Below, piece by piece: positions 52,794 through 64,000 of a DNA stretch of 64,000 bases. The notes beneath the pieces were generated by a model, which ran no database searches, had not been told where the DNA came from, and saw only the letters and a list, made by a program, of their open reading frames with translations. Made by a program: the position numbers and the translations under genes. The DNA lies in the NCBI GenBank assembly GCA_964016885.1, contig OZ024741.1, positions 96,534,001-96,598,000 on the forward strand. Reading direction: 5' to 3'. The DNA comes from Eledone cirrhosa (taxonomy: Eukaryota). Position 1 is the stretch's first letter; every line of letters begins with the position of its first letter.

Positions 52794-53661
52794 GTATGTA
52801 TATATATTTATTAAAATAACAGATTAGTGTTTAAGCAAAGAATCGCAGCTTTCACCCTTAACGGGATCTTCTGAAACTCAAGATCATCTCCATAGGGGTA
52901 GTAATGGTAGAAAGATGTCACATTGTGACATCGCTGGTGTTCAGTAAGAATTGGTGATGTTAGCATGACGGTTGAGGTTTAATGGTAGGGAATGATGGAT
53001 AGTGGAAATGATGTTTTATTTTGTTGTTTGAATGATGGTCAGTAGTGACGTTGCAGATAGCGTGTGTTTATGTGAGTGGATGAATGTGAGGGGCTGGTAA
53101 TGATGATGATAGTTAAGCTTTCGGTTATTGCCCGTCAGTCACACATCTGCCTATGATAGGTGTTTCATCCACAAACATCCACGTTATGACCACGTTATGA
53201 ACACGTTTCAATATGCGATGACCACGTTACAATATGTAATGTGTACATACTAGATTTGTTTAGTATATCTAGCAAGGTAAGTGAATATGTAGAAAATAGT
53301 GGGTTATAGAGATGTCTTTATTAGTAAAAGAGATGTTATTGTGAATCCCTTGTTGGTTCAGAAGGTGGTTATGTAGATGGCACGGGTATGATTAGATTGA
53401 TAGTAGGTAGTAAATAATTTATATTTAGTACATAGTCAGATATGATTGAACAGAACTAAATGCTGGGCATTACAATCGGGATTTTCTTGATTCTTCCTAT
53501 GGCGCCAGGACCAGGTTTTCCAACGTGTTATTTTTTAAAACGGAATAGTGTAATTTGAGAGAGCAGAAATATAATACATAGTGGTTGTTGTCAATGAGTA
53601 TGAGCGTTGATGTTCATGTGTGGGAGATGGCTGGTAATTTTGACTACATACGTATATATGT

Positions 53662-53761
<100 letters not shown>

Positions 53762-54441
53762 TTATTATATTATATTATATGGTATATGAAGATAAGTACA
53801 TATATCTGTTTGTGTGTGTACATATACGTGTATTTACTATGTTATATACGGCTCTGTTTTGATATGTGGTGTACGCAAATGTATGAATGTATGTGTTTAT
53901 GTATGTAGATACGTATGTATGTACGTATGTATGTATGTACGTATGTATGTACGAATGTACGTACGTATGTATGTATGTATGTATGTAAGTGAATGTCTTT
54001 GCATAATAATGTGTGAGCCTGTATATATATATATATATATATGTATGATGAATATAGGCTGAGGTTTATGGTATTGAACATGGATAGAGATGTATTCTAT
54101 CAAAGTAGAGTGATTGGGAGGTGGGTGTTGGTGTAGAACATCGATATTTGTTGGAGGGGTGGATATCGGGTGATGGTCTGGAATGTGGAGTCTTTAAATT
54201 TCAGGAATAGAATATTCAAAGGGCCTACTTAATCCAAGGGAGGATTTTATTGGATGATTCAACATGCTATTACACAGCATACGATCGTTATTAACATTGT
54301 ATATTGCACATATGTGTGCAGTAGCATGTGTGCACTTCGGTAATTAAAGGTCGATTCCGATGGGCGAATCAACCGCATTTCAAATGCATTATATGTCATA
54401 TACAACAGATTACATACACATATATGTACATATACATGTAT

Positions 54442-54480
<39 letters not shown>

Positions 54481-54516
54481 CACACACACACACACACATA
54501 CACACACACACACACA

Positions 54517-54598
<82 letters not shown>

Positions 54599-54676
54599 CA
54601 TATATGTTTCTGTGTGTGTATGTGATAAGTATATATATATGGTTGATACACACACACACACACACACATACACACG

Positions 54677-54725
<49 letters not shown>

Positions 54726-55404
54726 ATCTGTACATATGTATAAATATATAAGTATCTGTCAGTGTTTATGTCCCTGTGTGTGTGTACTTGTGTGTGTGTA
54801 CTTGTGTGTGTGTATGTACGTGTGTGCGTGTGCCTGTTTGTCTCTGTATCAATCATTCTATCATTATGCTTGCCTGCCTGTATCACTGCATACCCAACAA
54901 TTTACTTGCGTATTCATCTGTTTGCATTTATCAATCTCATCAATCTATAATACAATATCTATCTGTCGTTTTTGTCTTCCTCTTTCTCGCCGTTCTTTCT
55001 ATTGATTTATTATATATCTATTTATCTATCAATCTATTTATTCAACTATATCTGCAGCGATGACACATTTATTAGTTATTTCGGGTCGTCACATATTCAA
55101 GAAAAACGTTGTGAATATCATTGTTGTGTGCATAACCCCAGAAGCATCTTCGGTCTTGTGTTCTTTTAAGCGTGATACACATTATATATTAAATAGGATA
55201 CACATTATATATTAAATACAATTTCTGCCATCATTTAAGTTTTGTTTGAGATCAGTTCAACAAATGATACTTCATTATAATCATTAAAGAAGAAACTTAT
55301 TTTAATCATCTTAAATTGTACTTGTGGATTACAGTACGACTGCTATCAACGAGTCGTTGTTTGAATTAAATAAAACATAGCTCATCCCACTTCTCTCTAT
55401 ATAT

Positions 55405-55693
55405 AGTGGTTAGAGCATTGAGCTTGCAATCGGAAGGTTGTGAGTTCTAAACTCGGAGCAAGACACTTTATTTCACGTTTGCTCCAGTTTACTCATCTGT
55501 AGAAATGAGTTTCGTTACCCTTGGTATCAAGCTGTATCGGCGATTGCCTTTCCCTGGGACATCATCGGTGGCGTGGAGAGAGAGGAGGTGGGTGACTACT
55601 GGTTTCCCACAAAAAACCTTGCCCGGACTTTTACCTCGGAGGGAAACTTTCTAGGTGAAAATCCCATGGTCATTAGTAACTTAAGGGGGTCTT
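55405..55693 (+). mobile_element. tRNA-derived SINE
   Basis: tagtggttagagc A-box and gagttctaaac B-box-like; body shared with 48440. Confidence 0.75.
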
Positions 55694-55698
55694 CACAC

Positions 55699-55729
<31 letters not shown>

Positions 55730-55771
55730 TTCCGAGCTGAGGATCTGCTAAGGTGAAACAATTATATATAT

Positions 55772-55990
55772 AAATATAAATTCAGCGAGAATCGCATTTT
55801 GGCGGGTAGAAAAAAAGAAACGTAACGCAAATTCAGAGTTATGCTGGCAAGCGCTCCATAGTTTAAAAAATTAGAGCTATAAACATATGTTATAAACGCC
55901 ATACAAACTGAAAAGGCAGTCAAGAAGGCATTAACCACCTAAGACAAAAAACAAGTCAAGCTAAACAGGTCAGACAAAATAAATGATAAA

Positions 55991-56039
<49 letters not shown>

Positions 56040-56609
56040 ATACATTATCCTCATATATATAACAAACCTGGACCCATTGGAATTGATGGTAAAATTCAAA
56101 TACAGGGTTTCTATGACACCTAAATCAATAATACTATCTGCTTAAAACTATAAGCTTTTGGTATAATGATCGATCAAGGAATATCACGTTATCAACAGGT
56201 ATTTTGTTCTGCGGTAGTGTTGTGAATGACGTAGCGTTTTGTAAAAGCACATATGTAACTCACAAGGGGAAAACCCCCAGATTTTGGCAAATGAATTCAG
56301 TATGTGTAAATCATGCAAAAAATTGCATAAATAGCACAAATCGAATAAGCCTTCAACCGGGTAGTTTTTAAAATAAACTTATGCAGTTAATCTGTCAATA
56401 GAATTATTAACAGGTTAATTGTAAGACTCGGGAGATTAATACAAATATAAATTCAGCGAGAATCGCATTTTGGCGAGTAGAAAAAGCGAAACGTAACGCA
56501 AATTCAGAGTTATGCTGGCAAGCGCTCCATAGTTTAAAAAACTAGAGCTATAAACATATGTTATAAACGCCATAAAAACTGAAAAGGCAGTCAAGAAGGC
56601 ATTAACCAC

Positions 56610-56613
<4 letters not shown>
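55772..56613. repeat. Element with 170-bp terminal direct repeats
   Basis: aaatataaattcagcgagaatcgc...ggcattaaccacctaa at 55772-55941 and 56443-56613. Confidence 0.85.
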
Positions 56614-56673
<60 letters not shown>

Positions 56674-58563
56674 AATATATATATATATAAGTGATTACAC
56701 TGGGATAATTGCTGGCCTTGTACCAAAAGTAGAACCAATTATATTTTATTTATATGTATATGTACAAACATTTATATTTACATATATACATACATATATA
56801 TGTCTATATAAACTATAATAATGAGAAGACCATTCATGTCAAAAACCTCACAGTGTTGGTGGTTTACATGGAAAACGTACCCATTGTTATACAAACTAAA
56901 TCAATAGCTGTTTCAGTTTACAATTTAACATCGAGAATCTTTCAACCCAAATACATAAACGATATATATATATATGCGTTTTGTTTTATTGTATTAATTA
57001 CAAATCAACTTTTACTCTTGTGATGTGTGAATTCTGAATGGATGAACAACCTCATATACCCCACCCTAATAGCAAGCCAATTCTATTACAGTTATCTATT
57101 TCATCTGTTTATGGCAATAAAGATATTTTATTCGATTAAATATTTCCTATTTCAGTATAAATTGTAAAGTTTCTGCTAACATTGCAATGACGATTTAGAT
57201 AGGGGTAAACGGGAATTATAAACTCCCCTACCACTGCCTAATGAATTTTATTCCATCAGAGGTTGCCTCAAAACTTTTCATAACTCGGTTTACCTCGGCA
57301 ATACTGACATAAGCACCTCAATGGTGAGCCTATGCTAGAAATCTACAACGTTATTTTGTTTAAAAGGGTGCGGGGGTGCTCAACGATAGATTGCATTCAG
57401 ATGTGTCTCATGAAATTTAAAGTTGGACCCTCGCAGCTGACTATGTATTCAGCTACCATTTTGCGGTCGATAGAATACGTACTTGTTATTACCAAATATA
57501 TGTTAAGATCTATATAACATACTTCCTAACTTTTATTTTGTAAAGCAGACGCATTTTAGTATTTCACTTTCCCCCACATTTTTCGTGATAGATTAATTCA
57601 ACATAAAAATTTCCTTCAATGTATATATTTCGATATTTATTTGGATGCATACGTACTTATTTGCATGCGAGTATATTGATGTTTTTTCCTCTTTCATAGT
57701 TCAGTATTGGAAGTACATTTTTACGGAATTATTCTACACCCATGAACCTATACTTTAAATATATTGTACTAAATAGTCGTGCTATCATTATTTATATTAT
57801 TCAATCTTTGTTTTTGTTTATTTTTATGCTGACAGAATTTCATTTCGACAGTCTGAAAGACGAGATTGCAAGGTTTTGATTACTGAGATCAAAGAAATTC
57901 CATTGGGATTTACAACAGCGTATCGAATTCAGACGGATTTCTTAGATCAACAACCGTTGGTTTTATAGATTTCTTTCTTTACGTGTCTGTCTATTGCCAT
58001 ACGGAATGTACTTCTATAGAGCAAGCTGTATTTGTATGCATGTAAATGTATATGATTGAGTACTTCTTAATGCTAATATTGAATAGTGGTGTGCTGTGTG
58101 GTGGTGTGGTTTAACATCAAATGAAATACACGCTACATGATATTTACTATTTATCACTGTATTTTGAGTTCAAACCATTTCTGCAGTCTATTTTTGCTTT
58201 TATTTGACATTAATAGTCACAGAAGCTAGCGGAGAAATATTCTTCGAGATCCAATAATCTGCTAAAAATATCAGCCAAATCTCCTTCAAACCACCACACC
58301 AAACCGTATTTAAAAAGGAGCACTTTGGATCATGTAATACTGTATATACAAAAATACAGAACCATCAAGGCTGAGGCACTTTCAATTATAAATCTATTCT
58401 AGTCCTTTAATATTCTTTATACTCAATAGTTTAAAGCACTGCGATCTCAACGAGATAAAATTATCAAAATATACTTAATATTTAAATCATGTTAGGAAAG
58501 GTCTGGCTGACAACATCGAAATCATAAATGGTCAACATTAATTTTACATTTTATACAGTAGTG

Positions 58564-58595
<32 letters not shown>

Positions 58596-58984
58596 TGAGA
58601 TCTTGTTTGCTAATTGCTTGGGAAATCTCATTTGATCGAAGATCTTAACTCATTGTATTAGGGAAGATCATACCACATTTTATTTAGTGTCTAGAACACA
58701 CACATGAGATAATTTCCGTTGGCCATACATGCAACTTTACTACGGGAGAACTTAGAAATTCCGACACACTACAAAGTCTACTAAGAATTTCATTGCGATG
58801 CGTCACTCTACGTTTTTCGTTTCATTTCAGCCAAATTGCCCAGCTAACAAGATATAATTATTCGTCCCTTTTGGGAAGGCACAAGCATATTTATTATAGA
58901 GACGGATATTTCCTTTGTCGATATGATCGATCCGGTCTGTTACATGCATTATTGATTCTATTTCTGGTATTTAGTTATTTAAAT

Positions 58985-59110
58985 CCCTTTACCGTCTGAG
59001 TTCAATTCAACAGGGCTCTATTTTGCTTTCCATCTCTCCGGGGATCGATGAAATAAATACCAGTTAAATCCTGAGGTTGATTTAATCGACGTAGTCCCAG
59101 CTTACAAAAA
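58985..59110 (+). mobile_element. SINE family 1, diverged
   Basis: ccctttaccgtctgagttcaa..ttgctttccatc..gatcgatgaaataaataccag. Confidence 0.6.
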
Positions 59111-59545
59111 CGTCAACTGGTGCTTATCTTAAAAGCTTTTATATACAATTAAAGGTATTTGATTAAGATAAAAAGTCCGAATTCAATAAATAACATTGAT
59201 AATAGCTGAATATTAATTAAATGGCTCTCTAAGAAGTAATAGCAGTAAAAATGGTAACAACAACTGACTTAATAGATAATTAAGCTTCAGTCGGATAATT
59301 AGGAAGCCTGGTGGGAATTTCTTATCTATTATTCCTTCCGTAGTTAAGATTGCTTGATCATCTAAAAGTACACATTACATCCTGAAATACCACCACCCAT
59401 ACCGCAAATACCAATAACACCAACAGTGCCAACATAAAAAAGACACCATCACCATATCCACAACCATCATCAGAGCCGCCGCCGTTACTACCACTGCCTC
59501 CACCACCATACACTACATATCACAATCAATACTACTAAACCACCA

Positions 59546-59663
59546 TCTGAGTTCAAATCCCGCCGAGGTTAACTTTGCCTTTCATCCTTACGGGGTCGAT
59601 AAAATAAAGTACCAGTAATACACTGGGTAATTGCTGGCCTTGTGCCAAAAGTAGAAACAATTA
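59546..59663 (+). mobile_element. SINE family 1
   Basis: tctgagttcaaatcccgccgaggttaactttgcctttc...gtagaaacaatta. Confidence 0.85.
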
Positions 59664-59736
59664 TGATCTACACTCACACCAACAACAACAATAACAACAA
59701 CACATGCCACCACCATCGCCACCTCCCGTAGAATAA

Positions 59737-59945
59737 TGATTTCTAGTATAAGCAAAAGGCCAGCAATTTCGGGAGTGGGAAAAGTCGATTAATTATACCC
59801 CAGCACTTTACTGATACTTTATTTATCGACCCCGCAAGGAAGAAAGGCAAAGTTGACCTCGGCGGGATTTGAACTCAGAACTTAAAGGTACGTAACTCTA
59901 TGCTGCAAAGCATGGTGTCCGACGCTCTACCGATTCTGCCAATCC
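59737..59945 (-). mobile_element. SINE family 1
   Basis: gaaaggcaaagttgacctcggcgggatttgaactcaga. Confidence 0.85.
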
Positions 59946-60432
59946 ACCTTACGTAGAATAATGGCCAGCCATTTACAACAAGTAGTATCACCTCACTATC
60001 ACAAAGAACAACATCACAACGATCCCACCACATGCCACCACCATCACTACAACCACCATTGCTAACATCACCAGTTGTCATAACATATTATCCACCACTA
60101 CCACTCATTGAGTATTAACCCCCACTTGCAACTATCATTATAAGCACACTTCCACCAAGAAGAACAACACCAACTACATATTTTGAACATTGCGATCATT
60201 GTGATTTAAGAAACAAAGAATATTAAAATCAACGCCATCAAACCCACCACCACACACAACACACCAAACGCGCCTCCATAGTTACCCGCACTCACTTCAC
60301 TACATCAAAGTGGACGCTGAAATCATCTCACAAATGACACCACTAATGTTTATAACCCAAGGAAACGGATTTCCGTCAATTTCGTGATGAATGTTCAATC
60401 TGTTCGATCAACGGAACTGCCTGCTCATGAGA

Positions 60433-60504
60433 TCTATATCTATATATAATATAAAAGAAAGATGTTTATTGGTTGTCTAGCTGGTTGGTTGAATCACACG
60501 AAAA

Positions 60505-60539
<35 letters not shown>

Positions 60540-61183
60540 TATATACAAATACACACACATCATCTACAGAGAGAGATGCAGAAAGAGAGAGATAGGCCGT
60601 TATACAGAGAGCGATACATTTAAAGTGTTAGATATTCTGAGAGAGAGAGAGGGAGAGAGAGAGAGAGAGAGTGAGAGAGAGAGAGGGGGGGGGGTTAGTA
60701 ATGTCCCACGAAAGTCTAGAAACGGCTTAAATTATGGATCCTTTGATCTATAGGAAGGTTTAACAATATTGTGTTAGCTTTTATAAAGTCATTTTAGTCT
60801 TTGATTTTACAGAACAAAGAAAAGTTGATACTATTATAAATTAATTTACCCTCCAGCTTTTATCCATATACTACTTAAAGATTGTACTAACGAAGTAGCA
60901 ATTCAGAAGTAATGTTATGCGGATATTGTTGTGTTTCAGATGACGCCCTTTTGAGCTGAAAAAGATCATACTGACTATGGTTATTCTACAACATTTAAAA
61001 TCCAGGGCCAATGCTACCATTTAATCGGCAGTTTACTCCTCCAGTCAAATAAGGAAGTTTTATGATTGTTTTTTTTTTTATGTCTCTCACACACATACAT
61101 TGCGTTCTTACCTCATACCAGACAACACATCCAATAGAGTCGTTCTCTTTGTCCTCCCGGGCCAAGCCTGGTACCTCAGCTAG
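60433..61183 (+). mobile_element. Non-autonomous Helitron with a Rep fragment, nested in a SINE
   Basis: a|TCTAT...cccgggccaagcctgg..CTAG|t. Internal CFQMT and TTFKIQGQCYHLIGSLL RepHel motifs. Confidence 0.85.
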
Positions 61184-61334
61184 TTAACATCTAAATGACT
61201 GAGCATTACACTGTCATATTTACCCTTAACGCGCTCACTTCATTTCCCCAAAGTGGCCGCTACAATCACCTCACTAATAACATCACCAATGTTGATAAAA
61301 GCAACTGTGCATCACTGCTACCACAAAGAATGAA

Positions 61335-61665
61335 TTTCCGTCAGTTCCGACGATGAATGTTCCAGCTGCTCGAACAGCGAAACAGCCTGCCCATGAAATC
61401 ACCATGTATATGGCTGAGTACTCCACAACAACGTGTACCCGTGACGCAATTCTCAGCAGAATTCATGGTTATACAGTTTGTAACAGGGCCGACCATATAA
61501 ATTACAAGTTCAGTTCATCTGATGGGTTTCCACCGATAACATTTTACTCACAATGCATGGATCGACCCGAGAGTATGATAAATGACAGTTGTTAAAGAAT
61601 GTCATGCAATAAGATCGAACCCTGGACCTGGACCTAATGATTGCAAAGCAAACTTCGTAGCCATT
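61335..61665. mobile_element. SINE family 2, decayed
   Basis: ccgtcagtt..acagcctgccc..tggctgagtactccaca. Confidence 0.6.
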
Positions 61666-62007
61666 TAGTCATCCTGCATGCCCACTACTACAATATCAAC
61701 GCCCAGAAAAGCTAGTACAATGACAATAACAACCACCAAGAAGTAATTTTTGCGTAGTTGTGACAGCTGCTAGAAATATCAGCTAAATCTCTCTTATAAT
61801 CATTACTATCTTTATAGAAGAACGGACACACTGAAAGAAGAAATGTTATGGTCATAGCTGTATGCATTTGATCATTTGTCTACGCAATCAAGTTTAACTT
61901 AGGGTTAAACAACTATACCAGCACATCGTCTATACTCACACACAGCAATAATGATACTTTTCAACTAAATTAATATGAGTACCGCCCTCACCGCTATAAC
62001 AAGCTCA

Positions 62008-62038
<31 letters not shown>

Positions 62039-62239
62039 CTTCTCATTCCACCACACACTTCTCTCCTCTTTGTTCTCCACCTTCTCATCCACCACAACAA
62101 ACACCCCATCACCACCAGTGTGGCCCTGTGTTCCCTGAAAATAAGATAAAAAAACAACAAAATCACTAGATCGTCGTGCCAGGAATCCATTTGATGATAA
62201 GTCTGCCGGTCAGAACTGACTTGATTCTAAAGAATAAAA

Positions 62240-63150
62240 ATCACCAACAACAAAATCATCAACACTAGCAATAAACAACAGCGACAAATCGCCAATAGCA
62301 CAAACCAACAATGGTTCCCATACAACACCTCACCAATGCCCCCTTCCAGCTCCACACCGCCGCCGGCGCGACGACCATCACTACCACCATCACCACAACC
62401 ACCACCACCACCAACAGAACTACTAGCACCACCATCACCGCAATCATACACCCCACTACCACCATAACCACCACCATCACCACTACCATTAGCCCCACCA
62501 TCAACAACCACAACGAGAGACAACAATAACATCGCCACTATCATCATTACCATCGCCACCAGCATTGATTAGTAACCAATAAAAATCATCGTTGCTATAG
62601 TTATGGTCCCCATTTCTCCGCCGTAACGAAACCTCAACCGCCACCATCACCAATCAGTGCCATCTCCGCCTCCACAATTATAACAACCAACTTCATCACC
62701 CCAAGAGCACCTTCACCATCACCTCATTCACAACATGACCACCGCTACTACCTACGATAGCTATCATCAGCATCATTATCATAAGCACTCCCAACACTAA
62801 CGCTGCCATCATCAGCATATACCAAGAACTTCATGGTAATTATCTCCCCTTCCCACTGACTCCGTCATTGTTAATTATATAATTAAATACAAGACACGAA
62901 ATCTTTGAAAAACATCAAAGCTGCAGGCGAAGTTTATTGATGTGTTGTTTATATATTGTACAACAACAAAAACAAGAACAGTAGCAGCATGAACAACAAC
63001 TACAACTTCAACAACAACAACAGCAAAAACATCAACATCAACAACAACCGCAACAGCAGCAGTGACAACAATAACAGCAACTATCTGACCATAAACAACA
63101 ACAGTAGCGAGAACAACTACATTTACAACGGCATGAGTTAGAGCAGCGAT
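62240..63150. repeat. Degenerate CAC/CAA low-complexity tracts
   Basis: Direct. Confidence 0.8.
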
Positions 63151-63162
63151 AATAGTAAGAGA

Positions 63163-63347
63163 TAATTGTTTCTACTTTTGGCACAAGGCCAGTAATTATC
63201 CAAGTACATTACTGGTACTTTATTTTATCGACCCCGTAAGGATGAAAGTCAAAGTTAACCTCGGCGCAATTTGAACTCAGAATGGCAAGGGCCGTAACTC
63301 TGTGCGTCAAAGCATGGCGTCCGACCCTCTATCGATACTGCCAATCC
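63163..63347 (-). mobile_element. SINE family 1
   Basis: Reverse complement of 63655-63834. Confidence 0.85.
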
Positions 63348-63654
63348 AGTAAGAGATAATAGACATAGATGGAGGAGATGACAGTGGGAGTTCGGCTGTT
63401 CCATGTTTGGACCATATCCTTGTGGTTGTGTTCATTATGCACAGAGTTTATAGTAAGAGTAACAACAGAAATAACTTTAAATTCAACGACACCGGTAACT
63501 ACATCTCTGTAACAGCAACTACAGCATATATATTATCAGTAACAATAACTGTAATTATAAGAATCACAAACATTACAACAATTATATCAACGATGTAAGT
63601 AAAAACTACTACAAATACGGGGCAACAACAGCAGTTCATTGGAACGACTCATTC

Positions 63655-63828
63655 GCAGTATCGGTAGAGGGTCGGACGGCATGGTTTCCAGCATAGAGTT
63701 ACGCCCCTTTATGATTTGAGTTCAAATCCCGCCAAGGTTAACTTTGCCTTTCATATTTACGAGGTCGATAAAATAAAGTACCAGCAATGAAGTGGAATAA
63801 TTCCTGGCCTTGTGCCAAAAGTAGAAAC

Positions 63829-63834
<6 letters not shown>
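63655..63834 (+). mobile_element. SINE family 1
   Basis: gcagtatcggtagag..gagttcaaatcccgcc..gtagaaacaattat, then (TA)n. Confidence 0.85.
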
Positions 63835-63867
<33 letters not shown>

Positions 63868-64000
63868 GATTGGTGCTCTGAAATAGGGATATATACATAA
63901 ATGTATGTATAGTATATTTGGCAATATACCGTATGTTTAATTAATAAACATTTAGAAGACCATACGCTATCAGTTTTGAAGTAGTGACTATGTCACCTTT

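Noticed and set aside
55405-55460. tRNA gene
   Set aside because: A/B boxes are present but there is no cloverleaf, and it continues into a SINE body.
57150-57970. Possible host exons with AG/GT signals
   Set aside because: Stops in all tested frames and no recognisable domain.

Overview
Repeat-dominated, AT-rich eukaryotic DNA with no supportable intact host gene. The SINE families and microsatellite density resemble octopus genomes (inference). The first 12.7 kb is a nest of non-LTR retrotransposons in (TTA)n tracts: two R4/Dong families and a 5'-truncated Tx1, with paralogous filled and empty insertion sites. The remainder holds RTE, CRE and Penelope-like (PLE) remnants, a long-TIR deleted mariner, non-autonomous Helitrons, SINEs and many microsatellites. 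The main signal, found by hand-folding, is a dense and diverse set of type I hammerhead ribozymes (about 7 with intact cores, several decayed), mostly in non-coding elements lodged in (TA)n. The best case is a near-identical tandem 558-nt unit at 39613-40672, with an intact hammerhead in each copy: a candidate retrozyme that could release a circular RNA. All folds and family assignments are by eye, and boundaries of decayed elements are approximate.
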